A DNA stretch of 61,941 nucleotides, the filler included, from Vannella sp. (taxonomy: Eukaryota), in assembly GCA_023345925.1 (NCBI GenBank). It is 5 parts of 5 records of this genome, joined end to end, with 100 filler letters (N's around TTAATTAATTAA, not from the genome) between each part and the next. Parts side by side here need not be neighbours in the genome. Positions count along the whole stretch, not along the records: positions 45,543 to 54,555 come from JAJQQN010001275.1; positions 54,656 to 61,941 come from JAJQQN010000045.1; 3 more parts are not named here. One strand, written 5' to 3'. Within the stretch, counting starts at the first letter, position 1; each line of letters opens with the position of its first letter. Position numbers and translations under genes: made by a program. The notes below the pieces were generated by a model. The model saw nothing but the letters and a program-made list of their open reading frames with translations, ran no database searches and was not told the origin of the DNA. Positions 47,260 through 60,074 of the stretch are shown here, in pieces.

Positions 47260-49584
47260 ATGTGGAGGAGGTCTTTGGGGCGTCTGGTTGGTCGGCAGGA
47301 GGTTGTCCGATGCGCAACGTTTTGTGGAAGTGCAGTGGCGCGTAATGAACGGGATCGAGACCGAGACCGGAGCGTGTTCCAGTTGGTGGACCCCGTCCTC
47401 AGCGGCAAATTGGACCCTGCCGATCTGTCGGCCAACGAGGCCAATAGGATGATCTGGGCGGTATCAAAAGGCGACAAGAGTGGTCGAGTCTTCCAGCTCT
47501 ACGATCGGATCAAGGAAGTGCACCCAATCTTCCCCCTTTCCTTCCGTTATCTCTTCATCAACAGCGCCTTCTTCGCGGAGCGCACTCCTGAGCTCCTCAA
47601 GGACTTAAAGAAGTCAGGATTTGAGACCACAGACCTTGTATTAGGAGGTCTTCTCATCTCTATGTGCCAGCAACGGCATACGGACCGCGCTCTCAAGATC
47701 TTCAATCGAATGCTGCAGAACTCGAGTAGCGTGGCCTGGTTCGAGAGTTCAACGATGATCAATCATCTTATTGATGTGGGGAGGGCTTCTGAAGCTCTCG
47801 AGGTGTACCACAGCTGTAACACAGAGAAGGAGAAGCTGATGTACTTCAAGTTCCTGAACGGCTCCATCGTCAACAAGGACTTTAACATGGCTCTAACCTG
47901 GTACAAAGAGATGAGAGTCCACGGGCTAACACTCGACTTGCGCACGATTGAGAGCATGTTGACCGCCGGCTTGGCCTCCCAAGAGCACGCTGCTGTCTAC
48001 TCGATTGCAGAGGAGGTTTTAGAAAGCGGCATATCCAATGCTACCATCTACGAGATCCTCTTACGCACCATCCAGAAGGACCCAGGACTATCTTCAGAGC
48101 AGAAAGTCACTTCGGCCCAACAGTATTTTGCTCGTTTCCTGCAGGCGGAGGTGCCCTTGATGCCACGGTCCTCGCTCTTAGAAAGAATGTTGGATGTTCT
48201 TCTGCTTGGCGAGGACACTGAACCGGTGCGAGGATTCCTGGAGTCATTGACATCGCACCACTTTGCGGTGCAATCTTCCATGATCTATCGAGTCGCTGAG
48301 AAGTTTAGTGGCGATGAAGAGATCACTCCCATCATCCTTCGGATGCTGGATAGTACCAAGTCTACTGGCACCGCAGCAGTGCGCTCTTTGGTCTATCACA
48401 AAATGATGGGACTTTGCACTGCCCAAGGGAACATTCACCAGTCTCTGAGGTATTTCAGAGAGATGAAGTTCGTTGGCCTCCCGCCCAACCAAACCATTTA
48501 CACGCAGTTATTTGCATCCGCTATTGAGAGAGACGACATAGAAGCCGCAATCCTCCTCAAAGACATGAGCGACAAGGACCGCGTTCCCCTCAACCGAGCC
48601 CTTTACACTTCATTAGTGGACTTGTATGCGTTTATGCATCGGGAAGAACTGATTGGACCTCTTGTTCAGGAGATGAAGCAACAAAACCACCGTCTTGACC
48701 TCGGGCCGAAGGTGGATTCTCTCGTGAACCAGATCATTGCCGAAGATCTCCTTCCTGCTCAATCAGCAGTTGCTGATCCACCCCGCCGTACTTCGGCTTT
48801 GACAGAACAGTATTATGGCCTTTTGAAGGACTTTTTCCTTTCCTCTTTCAAAGAGGAATCGGCCCAAGCCCAACAGATAGCTGGGGAACTCAGCAAGTTG
48901 GGTGCTCTGCCCTCTCCCAAGTTGCAAGCAGCTGCGATTCGCTTCCAAAGCAAGCAACAGAAAGAGATTGTTCGTTTGGATTTGCTCACGGACAAGAAGG
49001 AGCCGTCCGCCGAGGTTTGTGAAGCTTTATTGGAGGCGGCTTCGTTCCTTGGTAATGGGGACGTCTTACAGGAGGCCTGGAAGAGACTTCAAGTGGTCAA
49101 CCCACAGGCCAGTGTGTATGCCTTGAACGCCTTACTTGAAGGCCTTGCCGTTGGTACCAACACAACATCAGCTGACATTCAACAACTGCAGCAGCAGATT
49201 CAAGAACGCTCTTTGCTTTTCCACAGTCACGCTCAACTAGTCAAAGCCTTCCTCTCCCTGGGAGACCTCGCTTCTGCCAGAGCAGTCTTGGAGTCCCTCG
49301 TCAAGGAGAAAAGAGAACCAAACTCCAACGCCCTCGCTATGCTTGTGTCCTCTCACTGCAAGTTGGGCCAAACGGAGGAGGCTCGAGAAGTGCTTTGCCA
49401 ATTCACTTCTGCAGCTTCCCCTTCAGCCATCAGTCCTTTGGTCACTCATTTGATACAAGAAAAACAAGAAGAGACCCTCCGCACGTGCACCGCCCAACTA
49501 CTCGATGCCGGAATCCCTTCCTGCGAGGTGTCGAAGGCATTCCCCTCGGCCGTGGAGGCGCGGATCTTCATGCCCACCCATTAA
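47260..49584 (+). CDS. Pentatricopeptide repeat protein, probably mitochondrial
   Basis: 35-aa repeats (YHKMMGLCTAQGNIHQSLRYFREMKFVGLPPNQTIY); Arg-rich N-terminus MWRRSLGRL. Confidence 0.85.
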   Translation: MWRRSLGRLVGRQEVVRCATFCGSAVARNERDRDRDRSVFQLVDPVLSGKLDPADLSANEANRMIWAVSKGDKSGRVFQLYDRIKEVHPIFPLSFRYLFINSAFFAERTPELLKDLKKSGFETTDLVLGGLLISMCQQRHTDRALKIFNRMLQNSSSVAWFESSTMINHLIDVGRASEALEVYHSCNTEKEKLMYFKFLNGSIVNKDFNMALTWYKEMRVHGLTLDLRTIESMLTAGLASQEHAAVYSIAEEVLESGISNATIYEILLRTIQKDPGLSSEQKVTSAQQYFARFLQAEVPLMPRSSLLERMLDVLLLGEDTEPVRGFLESLTSHHFAVQSSMIYRVAEKFSGDEEITPIILRMLDSTKSTGTAAVRSLVYHKMMGLCTAQGNIHQSLRYFREMKFVGLPPNQTIYTQLFASAIERDDIEAAILLKDMSDKDRVPLNRALYTSLVDLYAFMHREELIGPLVQEMKQQNHRLDLGPKVDSLVNQIIAEDLLPAQSAVADPPRRTSALTEQYYGLLKDFFLSSFKEESAQAQQIAGELSKLGALPSPKLQAAAIRFQSKQQKEIVRLDLLTDKKEPSAEVCEALLEAASFLGNGDVLQEAWKRLQVVNPQASVYALNALLEGLAVGTNTTSADIQQLQQQIQERSLLFHSHAQLVKAFLSLGDLASARAVLESLVKEKREPNSNALAMLVSSHCKLGQTEEAREVLCQFTSAASPSAISPLVTHLIQEKQEETLRTCTAQLLDAGIPSCEVSKAFPSAVEARIFMPTH

Positions 49585-49631
49585 ACTCCTTACGACATGT
49601 ACATAGTCAAGTTGGTATTGTTGTGGTATCG

Positions 49632-50783
49632 TTACATGGCAGCGGAAGCTGGGAAAAGAGTGTCAAGGGCGGCATCCAAGGCCGGTTGCAGAGCCAGATC
49701 AGAATAGAGCTCAGGGACTTGGCCTGAAGCAGCTCCTAGTAGGCACCCAACCACGGTTCCACGATGGCAGTTCTCTCCGCCCAGATTGGTGTTCTGGAGC
49801 ATGCCGCGAAGAGGGTCGGCAGCGTACTTGTGCACCAAGTAGAGAGCAGCCGGCCATGAGTCGGTGATGTAGCAGGCCAGCGAGAAGCGACCACCCACTA
49901 CAGCACTGTCGTCTTCGATAGATGCTGGGAACTTATCAAAGAGTGCTCCTCCCATGACGCCTCGCATGCAAGCGCGAATCGGCTCAGCTCCAGGCTCGTC
50001 TTGGCGATAGAGAAGCGCGGCGATCAGAGCCACGAAGGCATCACAGTGCTTTGCAAGGCCCTCATCTGGGTGGAACAGGAAGAGAAGCTCCCTGCAGGAC
50101 TTCTGAACACGAGACAAAGCACCCTCGGGCAAGCGAACGCCATTGCCTCCATTCTCTGCAGCAGCAACCAGAAGGGTAATAGCAAGGGGCTGGATCATCA
50201 CAAAAGCACCAACAGAAGGCGTATCGTGAGTCACAGCGCCACAGCGTAACGGGGCGACGTCTTGAGCCCAGTTTGCGAACCAGCCCCGATGGAAGGACTC
50301 TGCATAAGTATCAGGATGTTGAGCTGGATCTGCAGTCATGAACTCCACATAAGCAGTGGCAAAAGCTTCCACATCAAAGCGAGGATCTTCGGGATGTGCG
50401 GTCAGCTCGCGCAAGAGAAGAAGAGCGCAGTGGGAGTTGAGAGTATTCTCTCCTGCTTTCATGCCGTGGTGATAGTGAGTGTTGCTCTTCCCCCAGAAGC
50501 GCGCCTTGTCCTTGAGGATCACATCACCAACAACACAGATGTTTCCCTTGGCGCTTTTACTCCCCGTGCGACCTCCTCCCACAGTAGAGTGAAGGTGCAT
50601 AATAGAAGAAGGATGATTCGCAGGGGCTGCTTCAAACTTTGTGACTCCATGAGGAGGGAACGCCCGCGTGATATCCCGAGGATTGTAGTACCAATGCACA
50701 GGCATAGACAGCGAATCACCCACAAAGGAGCACCGCAAAGCAGCTTTCGCTCTCGTCCGCAACAGAGGCAAGGACACGCTCAT
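49632..50783 (-). CDS. ADP-ribosylglycohydrolase (DraG/ARH superfamily), intronless
   Basis: FVGDSLSMPVHWYY, GENTLN, HPDTYAESFHR, NTNLGGENCHRGTVVGCLLGA. Confidence 0.85.
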   Translation of the reverse strand: MSVSLPLLRTRAKAALRCSFVGDSLSMPVHWYYNPRDITRAFPPHGVTKFEAAPANHPSSIMHLHSTVGGGRTGSKSAKGNICVVGDVILKDKARFWGKSNTHYHHGMKAGENTLNSHCALLLLRELTAHPEDPRFDVEAFATAYVEFMTADPAQHPDTYAESFHRGWFANWAQDVAPLRCGAVTHDTPSVGAFVMIQPLAITLLVAAAENGGNGVRLPEGALSRVQKSCRELLFLFHPDEGLAKHCDAFVALIAALLYRQDEPGAEPIRACMRGVMGGALFDKFPASIEDDSAVVGGRFSLACYITDSWPAALYLVHKYAADPLRGMLQNTNLGGENCHRGTVVGCLLGAASGQVPELYSDLALQPALDAALDTLFPASAAM

Positions 50784-50994
50784 TTCCCCAACAGAATATG
50801 AAAGCGGAAGACCGAAATTTCCGTTCTCACACTCACGCGCCATCACCCACCCAAACAGGGGCACCACCACTATCCAACCGTGCCAGGCCTTCATTAAATG
50901 AGAGCAAAAAATGTTTCTTTTTTCGGAGTCTTTGAGCGACCTTTTGGTCGTCGCTGATTGGCTCATTTTGTTTGCGCCCGTTGTGGGAGGCGGG

Positions 50995-53005
50995 ATGGGT
51001 GATTGGTACTTTGAACCGCTTTGTAGCTTGCTGTTTTGCTTGTTGGCTTCAGAACCAGAGGATAGGCCTGCTTTGGTGCAGGGGAGTAAGGCCATGTTAT
51101 TGGAAGAGGAGCATTTGGCTGTACTCTTGACGGACTTGCTCCCCTCTTCTGAAAAGGAGCGGAAGGTGGTCGCTCGCCCCTTGTTGGAGGCTGCTGAAGA
51201 ATGGGTCTGGCTTTCACGACTACTCAGTATCCAGTCTTCGCGAACAGGAGTGCAGCCAATCACAAAGCTCGCTATTGAGCTCGGAATCGCAGTGGAAACT
51301 GTCGAGACTCACCTCCAGACCATTAGTGAAGCAGCTGCAGTATGTCTCCTCTGGATGCTGGTTCTTGACTGACTATAATCCTAAAGAAAGCGCTCTTTCG
51401 TGTTGCATCTGAATGCGGTTCCTTGCGAATGGTGGAGACAATCCTCAAGCGCGGGGGCAAAGCGGGAATGGACAATGCGGTAGGGCCATCACCTCGTTTA
51501 TTTCACTATTCATTTGGTTTACCCAATCCAGGAATCTCTCTTCAGGGCCTGTGAACGAGGAAACATTGAAGTAGTGAAGCTTTTTCTCTCTCGAGGCTGG
51601 GATCCTCAGCAGCCTTGGGTCAGACGTCCCTATTAGCTTCTTCATTATCTTCTCTAACTCGTTCTTTAGTTTGTGGAGCCAACGAAGGACATATACGACC
51701 GCTGGGTGAGTACTTTCAGAGCATCCGATTGTCGGATCCATCAAAAGTGACATTTATTTGCAGACACCACTGCTGATTGCCTGTGACAAAGGCCATCTGG
51801 ACATTGTCAAATTGATTCTTTCCCGCGCTCCAGATCCGGTCCTTCTCCTTCGTACGAGAGTAAGTAATCAGGCGCTGCCTCTTCTTGTGAACTCAGTATC
51901 TTGTAGAGTACATATGGCGTACGTGTCACTGTGTTATTTCCCGTCTTTCTACTTGACTAAGTTCTCTTTGGAAGTGCATTCCCTTCTTTGGGGCTTGTCG
52001 GTCAGGCAATATTGACCTTTTCAACTATCTTTTGGACATTGGCAGTTCGAAGCAACTTCTCGTCGAGGTACGTTAATTGTTGCGTTCAACCTGTCCCTAA
52101 TCCGTGCAGAGTAACCAAGCAGTAGGTTATTCCCGCTTCTCATCGACCAATCAATGATTCTGTTGGCCCTTTCTGACTCCTTCCAAGGGAAATTGCTTCA
52201 CTTGGGCATGCCAGGGGCCAAACCTTGAGATTGTCCAAATCACTTACGAGAAGCTTGGAAAGAAAAAGCTTGGGAAAGAGGTGAGCGAGAGAAGTCTTTG
52301 AAGTGAAATGACGTTTCTTCCCCTAACGCACTTCTAGAAAGCGCTAGACCGCTACTTTTATGATGCCTGTGCGGTTGGAAATGTGGAGATCGTTCATTTT
52401 CTTCTCTTGAAAGGTGCCAGATTCAACTTCACCTTGGTATGGCCTTGTTTAGAGAAGATGAAGAGATTTCTAACCCAATCTGCAGGAAAGCAATGTCGAG
52501 GTAGAAAAGGCGACCAATGCAAGTCACTCTCTGAAAACTCACTTTAAATAGGAATCTCCCATTGGCGTTGCAAGTGCAAACGGCCATTTGGAGGTGATTG
52601 ATCTACTCCTGGCATGCGGAAAGTCGCATAGCCAAATGAATCCCCGAGGAACGGAGTGGACTCCTTTTGAAGTCGCTTGTAGAGCCGGTCACCTTGAAGT
52701 GGCGTCTTACCTTTGGAAAAGGATGAAGAGAACAGACACCATCCTCTTGGTAGGATGTGACGGTCCTTTTCGAGCTTTTCTAACAAAGTTTGCAGCGAGC
52801 AATGAAAGCTGCGGCAGACGAAGGGCAGATTCAAGCTCTCTCCTATTTATTTGATTTAGCCCGCAATCAAGAGAGACCTTTCGCCATTCCTGAATCAGCG
52901 AAGCAAATGCGCCTGAACAATATTCCCGATGTCACTTGCATGTGGCTGACCCTCCAAAATGGAGATCTTCTCCAACAGTTTGGAATCGGAGATCCAGTAA
53001 GATGA
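50995..53005 (+). CDS. Multi-exon ankyrin-repeat protein
   Basis: TPLLIACDKGHLDIVKLIL, ACANGHLEVIDLLL and TPFEVACRAGHLEVASYL in successive short exons. Exact exon boundaries not resolved. Confidence 0.75.
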
Positions 53006-53627
53006 TTTGAACGGTTAATCGCAAGCTTACCCCCTTCCCTTTCCTTTCTTTCAGCGATTCCATCTGAAAGCTGAAAGCATCCCAGTCACCAAATTCCTTG
53101 TCTCTCATTTTGGAGTCTCCATTCTCTTATCTACTGCTCATCCGGAATCCCCACAGGCATGTGCATTGGCTCCTTTCATCATTCTCACAATCAGGACAGG
53201 ATTCATGGTTGGTCAGCCTCCCTCCGTTAGAAGACCTCTGGAGTGCTGAAGAGGTCTTGCCATTCATTTCAAGAAGGGGAGAAGCTGGGGCACTACGCGA
53301 AAAAGTAGGTTCTTAGGAGGCTCTGCTTTTGAACTAATCAGTCACAGATCCTCCAAAGGGACTCTAACGGCACCTCCATTGCCCAAATTCTGGTGGACAG
53401 TCAAAACATCGAGCTACTTCATCCCTTAGTATCATCCGGTCTTCTTCTTCCGGATGATATTCTGGATCTTGGTTCGAAAGGGCTCGCGAAAGAAATCGTC
53501 CAGAAAAGGGACTCCTTGAACTTGAATAGTATCTGAACCAAATCGAAGAGGAAAGTCAAACACTGATTCTCATCCAAACCGGCTTTCAAGCTGAAACGCA
53601 GAATCTCACAAGAACAAACAAACTCAT

Positions 53628-54555
53628 TTAAATATGTCGGGGCGACAGCATCATTCGCGTCAGTACACTGGAAGAGCTTCTTGTGAGAGGCTGCGGAGTT
53701 GAACTTGCACTGCGAGTTCGAGATAAGGCATTCAGAGTGTCTGGGCCTCGGCCTGACGGGAACAGGCTGGGAAAGATCATTCCCAACTCGTGCTTGATCA
53801 TGGGATTGGGAGCTTGCTCGTACAGCTCTTTTTGGTTGTCGTGATACGCATTGATCAACGTGATCAACGCCTCTTCCTCGCTCATGAGAGCGAGATGAGA
53901 CCGTTTGGAGCTTTTGCGCTTCCTGATTTGCTCGATGGACAAAAGCTGATTCATCTTCGCGCACAACAGGGGATGGTGCAGGCTCACCAAAGGATTCAGG
54001 CAAGTCATGAACGACTCTTTCGTGCCGTCGAACGGAACGCCGCTGGCAATGTTTTGGACCACTTTGAGAACCAGAACGAGACTCTTTCGCGCTCCTGCAT
54101 CGATCTCATCCGGCAGGAGTCCGAACTTCTTGGGGTCGATCAGTGCTGGGCACAGAAACCGCAGAAACACCACCGCACTGACCATGGCCGACCCTGTTCC
54201 CTCTGCAAAGTCGTCACAAGTGGCTTTGATCATCTTCAAAAGGTCTCGCACTCGTCTGGAGAGGTACTCTAGACTCTTGTAGATCTTCTCCATCACCAAC
54301 TCCACCAGCTCTTGCAATCGGACCACGTTGTTGGCCAGAAGAGCGCCGTCTTCCTCTCTGGAAGGGTCAATCTGAAGGAAGGTGAGATAAGTCCCTCCTG
54401 TCAAAGGTTCATCGCACCACCAAAGGAGAAGGGTTCTTCCTGGCCAGGTCGATGACTGGCCGGCACGCAAAATAGAGAAAGGAGAAGGCTTTCAACCGAA
54501 GGCAGGATGTGAAGAGCGCTGTGGCAGGACTATCTGCTCTAAGCATCGTCTCTGC
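53628..54555 (-). CDS. RasGAP-domain protein, 3' part
   Basis: VVFLRFLCPALIDPKKFGL..KVVQNIA..KESFM, the RasGAP signature region. Confidence 0.88.
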
Positions 54556-54655
54556 NNNNNNNNNNNNNNNNNNNNNNNNNNNNNNNNNNNNNNNNNNNNT
54601 TAATTAATTAANNNNNNNNNNNNNNNNNNNNNNNNNNNNNNNNNNNNNNNNNNNN
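54556..54655. other. Artificial contig linker
   Basis: N-TTAATTAATTAA-N, 100 nt. Confidence 0.98.
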
Positions 54656-55312
54656 TCCACTACTGAGATGATAAAAGTACCCTGAATTGGAGTCCAAGTC
54701 AGAGTTTTGTCGCCAGATGGAAGAATCCTCGCTTCGATGGGAGAGTGAACACCAAGACCTCCTCGTACCCCTTCAGCTCGAAAGTACCATGTCTATCAGA
54801 TGATACAGGATGTTGGATCGATCCATGAAGGCTACAGCTGATTCCAAGTGTTCAAAGTTGACAAACAAGCGATCAGTCAAGTCGAAATGGCCGATCGTAT
54901 CAAGGAGCTGGAACATGATGTGCGGAGAGGCCAAACAACAATGACTCCTCTCCTCATTCTACGTTAAATCTATTTACTATACTACTTGACGCTATGTGCA
55001 ACACTCTCGAAAGGAACACGATGATGATAATATTGCGTAATAATGATGGGGGGGGTACATAGCTGAGAATGGGTGTGTACATAGCTCGACTCTTTTATAA
55101 TCCAACAAGATTTACCAATGATTTTTTTGGTCTTGGTGGCCATTCTCTTCTTCAATGTCCCGCCGTGGGACGTCCCACTTCCCCCCGCACGGATCCTCGC
55201 GTGAGATCTGCTTCCTTCAGAGCTGATAGTGGTTAACATGCCTTAAGGTTCGGCTACGGGCTCAGGAACACATCCTGTAAACCATGGGAGGGGACCTGCT
55301 AGGGCAGGCCAG

Positions 55313-58300
55313 ATGCAGATGTACGCTTGTCAAAGGCCCTTATCACCACACGCGTCCTCATTTCATATAGGATGCAGCCACCAGCCCGCAAGTATCAACT
55401 AGAACAACCGAAGGATGTGGAGCGTCTAAGTGCGACGTTGGGTGTCCCAGGCTTCTACCCCCATCAAGGGAGGGAGCAGGATGAAGAAAAGATGACGCTC
55501 CTGAACGTTGTGAATGGCTTCCGGCGATCTCAGCTCGTCTTCAACGAGTTTGAGTCTGTCTTGGCGAAGCCTGGGGCAGAAAAGGTTCCTCTTCGAGCAT
55601 TCGAAGGGCGGGTTGAAGAGACTTTGAACCACATTGGCTGGCTCAAGAACTTTTCAAGCTCTTGGAGCAATGTCGATCATCAAAGAGACCCAAGGCGAGG
55701 CCGTGGTGATGATATGAAGAACTTCCCCCAACAGATTCCCGTTTCACCAGACGCGAAGCAGAAGTTCATGGACTCGCTAGCTTCCCAAAATGTTTCTTTT
55801 CAGAAGCTAGCCCACGATGGTATTCCTCATGGGTAAGCAGAGTCGCAGAGCGCACACTCCCTAACCATCCACAAAGATTCAAGGGCGAGATTCTCATCAA
55901 TCAGCTGGCTCAGGATCAAGTTCCCCTCTTACGTGCTACATGGTTCATCAAGATCATTCAGTTGAACAGCCGCCCCAAGGGTAGCGTACGTAACAAAGTC
56001 AAAAAGTCAGAATATCAGTTTGCTTACTTCTACATCAGGCAGAGCCAGAAGATTGGACGGAAACCTTGTCTGGGTATCTTTTGAATCTAATCAAGTTCTT
56101 GGGAACACGACAAACATCAGGAGACTCTTCTTCATCTGGTTCAAACAACAAAATCCTGACAGAGAAGGACAAGGAGAGAGCTTACATGCGACTAGAATAC
56201 GCGGCGCGTCTTTTTGGGTGGAACTATGAGACCCTTTTGATTGATCCTAGAAAGTTCTTTGCCTTGTTTCTGGCTGCCTTGACGGAGACTGATAACTACG
56301 AGAGCACTCTCATACTCCTCATTCTCTCCCCGTACCTCAAAGATCTCACAAAAAACCGCTTCCACTCTTCCAATCTGGTTCAGATTCTGCTGGCCAAGTT
56401 TCAAAAGGTGAGAACATAACACTAATTGCCTATTAATCAAGATTCCTGACTTGTTCACAAAGATTGAGTCCTACTCCGACGAAGTATCAGTGTTACGGAG
56501 TCTTTTGACAGACTCTCTTCGCTTGCTGTTGTTCCTTGTTCCCAATCGAATTGGAATTGCTCACTTGCCAGAGGTCTCCCGTTGCATCCGCCAATTCCAG
56601 CAGCATGGAGAGATGGGGGTGGAGGGGCTTGCTATGGAGTTTTATGTGGAGCAGGCAAAGCAGATCAACCGTTGGCAGAATCTGATTAATGGCAAGACCG
56701 ATCCGGAAAACGTAGATCTTCTCGCATTGGTTCGCGATTTAGACAATGCTGCCAATCAGCAAGTGAGCCTGAGTGATCTTTTGAAGAGTTTTCGGCGGCG
56801 CTGCCCACTCAATGATCTTTCTTCCAGTTCAACAGCTACTAAGGTAGGTCATTAGTTCGCGGTATATGATGAAATTAAGGCAGCTAGCTTCTTGAGGATT
56901 CTATCTTTGTAGTTTGCCAATGGGCAGTCTCAAGTAAGCGCAAGAACATTATTGACCGTGCTGCAATATCAGTGGGGCTGCTCACTCACCTGAACAATCT
57001 CTTGCGATCTCAACGACGCCAAGGATTAGAGGATGATTCAAAAGAGCGAGGCTTTGTTACAAGACAGATGTATGCGCTGCTCAGGATGTACGGTGGAGCT
57101 GAAGATAGCGAGTTTGTTGAACTTTTGCAAGTGCTGAGTGAGGCCCAAACAGCCGGATTGTTTTCCCACGACCACTTTGCTCGGTATTTGATTTCAACTG
57201 GAGCACTCATCAGTGGGGAGTCAAGTGCTGATCTCAAGAAACTTCTCTACCGCCTTCCAATTCACGGGCCAGTCCATCACCACAACCAGCGAGGCACACT
57301 CTTGATCCAGTGTGGCTATTCTCTCTACAATAGGGTACAGAATTGGGTTCCCACTGGACGTAGATTTAATAATTCTTGTAGATGGAGGAGAATCGGGTGA
57401 TTGAACAGATCAAACAACTCCTTCAGGACACATCCTCAAGTGATCACTTGACTCCAACACAGGTGCTTGAGGTACAAAGTGAGCTATTAACTGTTCGGGG
57501 GTGCTCTGAGTATATTCAGAGCTATTTGAGCAGCTGGTTATATACTCTCCTCAAGCACAGAAAGTAAGAAAATGAGCACGATAATGATGATCCCTGTTTT
57601 AACGTGTGAAAAGGGAATGCCCTATCTGGCTGTTTCAGTTGGCCGTCTTTGGATTTGAATTGCTGAGGGATACTTCCAAGCTCACTCAAATCCTCCTGCA
57701 CGCTCTCCAGTTCTGGCCTAATTGTTTCCCGCAGATAGTTCCGTTCATCAAAATGTTCAGCGCCTCCTTTTCTGCCAGGGATCTTTGGCAATCTGTGGTA
57801 GAGCATTTACCAAGTCGTGTAGGTCCTCCACTCTGGTTATATTTATCTGGCTGACTCTTTCCAGATGGCCCATCCTCATCACTCTCACCTTTGTGTAGAA
57901 CTAGTAGTGCATATTCTATCTGCCAATATTGATGAGGTCTATTCTATTTCTATTCAACCGGTGCTTAGAAGTAAAGCAGAGGCTATGTCTGCCGTATCTC
58001 CTCCGATACTCATTCATCAACAAGGAACTTTGGATTGGCAAGTCGTTCCTGACCTCCTTGTTGATGCAAGACCGACCAGCGAGCTTGCACGCATTCCACT
58101 TCAATCCCTACAGGCCTTATCAGGGCAGGTGCTTTCGTGCTTTGCTCGGATAGTGCAAAGGTCAAAAGACACCTCAGTTTTTGTGACATACGCGTCATAT
58201 TTAGCTGAACTTATCTCCAACTCTGCTTTGGAAGGAGATCTAACCAAGTGGATTTGCCGCCAATTCTGTGAAGAGTTGTGGCCTATGTGCGTTGAATCTA

Positions 58301-59955
58301 CTCCTCAGGAGCTACTCCTTTTTGGATCCACTCAAGCGGCTCATCAAATTCTTCCTAAGCTGCTTGTAGAATTCATGGTACAGTTAGTTGCCACAGGGGT
58401 AATAAGCATTCCCCATCTTTTCCGGCTGGTGCTTGTGCCGCTTCTTCTTGGATTGACCAATGATTCTGATACTGTTGATGCCATCTCATACATGGTGAAG
58501 AGGGTTCTTCTTCTTAGTACTCCGTCTGCAAGTCCAGATAAGATCGTCCAGACTCATATCGAATTGGGAATTAGAGTTTCTCCACGTTCTACTCTCCTTG
58601 AAGTCCTCTGTGCGATCTTCCATTCTACCAAAGCTGGTGATTTGGACTGCAACATCTTTGAGCAAATCATAGAGATAGGCCTTATTCCAAGCCTCGTACG
58701 AGCGGCCGGAGCTCAATCGATCAGAACTGCGTTAAAGAAGAATGACGCCTCTTCAAGTGAACGAAGAGAAATATTCCATTCTGTTTTCTTGAAAGCACAC
58801 GGCCGTTTCTTGCCATTTGCACCGAATACCATTGAAAAGAATGGCACCATTGTCCTCCACAAGTTAGTGGAGTTGGCTGATCCGTGGGAGTTCGACCTTC
58901 TACAACTGGGAGTAGAATTCATCTATGAAGACTGGCGCCAGCAAGTGCCCCGAGAAGGTCATGAGCGCCAATTCTTTGGTATTTTGGTGGCAGAAATGCT
59001 GGCCAGTCTTACCAGAAACCCCTCTCAGCTTGGATTGCTTATTAACTTGGCAACGCTTTCAAAGAGTGATTTGTTTAGACAAGTTCTCCTCGAAAGACTG
59101 ACGGAAGCAATGTCGCAGTCTGAGTGTCTGAAAGCCGATCAATTCATTGCATCCTACCTTCTACCAAACGCTTGTTCTGACGAGAACGAGGAAGAACGGG
59201 ACTCGGAACTTATGGTAGCTCTTGTCCGCCTCATTGTCGCAGTTCTGCCAAAGAATTCCCTGGACGCTACCGAATTGGTTCAATCTATCGCACAGCAAAT
59301 AGCAGAATGGACTCAAGTGGCAAAAGAGGTTCATATCTACGATGAAGGCACAAAATGGGATCGACTACAAGAGAATCTCTTCCACAGACTTTGTATCCTC
59401 GGAGCCTTGGCGGAACACATCCAGGCACCTGCATTGGTGGAGCGATTCTGCCTTTTACTACTCGATCTCTGTCAGTGCCAACTGGTTCAGTACGGGGAAC
59501 GCGATCTATTTGAAGTGGTAATCTATTTGTTGGAGTCCATTCTCGATCCTATCTTACTTCCCTCTCGCCTTCCCGTCCATGACTGGGCAGCAGAGCGAGA
59601 GATGAAAAGCAAAATAGAGGTAAGAACAACCCCTCAGTCTCTGAAAGGCTCTTACAAAAGGGTACAGGATTCGGTAAAGCGGCAGGTGACCCATCTAGAC
59701 GACGATCAGCAGCAAAGACTTCTCTCCGTTTTTACGTGGATTGAGGAGCCTGGAAGGCTGAAACTGGCTTACACAACCATCAACACCCAAAAGGATCCTC
59801 CTGAGCCGATCGTGCACTACTTGGACCCGTGGGAATTGCTGGAGGGCTATGACGATGGAGTGCTATCTCCAAAGTACTTTGCCGGTCAATTTCTAGTCAG
59901 GGCCAAGCAAAACTACCTCAAATCGCCATTCCAAAAGGCCACTTCAACTCAATAG
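55313..59955 (+). CDS. MED12: Mediator kinase-module subunit MED12, multi-exon; start approximate
   Basis: LGVPGFYP..QDEEKMTLLNVVNGF; LA..IPHG|FKGE..VPLLRATWFIK; C-terminal LDPWELLEG. Confidence 0.85.
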
Positions 59956-60074
59956 ACTTTGGCGTCCACCCTCCAAGAATTCCTCCTTTTGAAGCTCAAG
60001 TCACTCTGAGAAGCAAAAGGGAATCGTACAAGAAGAGCTTCGTATTGGGTGAAGAGGTTTATGCCTTTGCAGTA

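Noticed and set aside
50784..51263. 160-aa N-terminal extension of the ADP-ribosylglycohydrolase ORF
   Set aside because: Starts at a non-ATG codon and overlaps the divergent ankyrin gene. The likely start is the ATG at 50783.
53010..53620. Possible gene between the ankyrin and RasGAP genes
   Set aside because: Only short frames without recognisable motifs.
23705..54655. Four identical TTAATTAATTAA motifs inside N runs
   Set aside because: Artificial six-frame-stop linkers joining contigs. They are not biological, and cross-linker gene order is uninformative.
54656..54967. Coding-like stretch with an internal TGA at the contig start
   Set aside because: Possibly a pseudogene fragment, but the family is unidentifiable. 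TGA is a normal stop elsewhere in the window, so there is no case for recoding.
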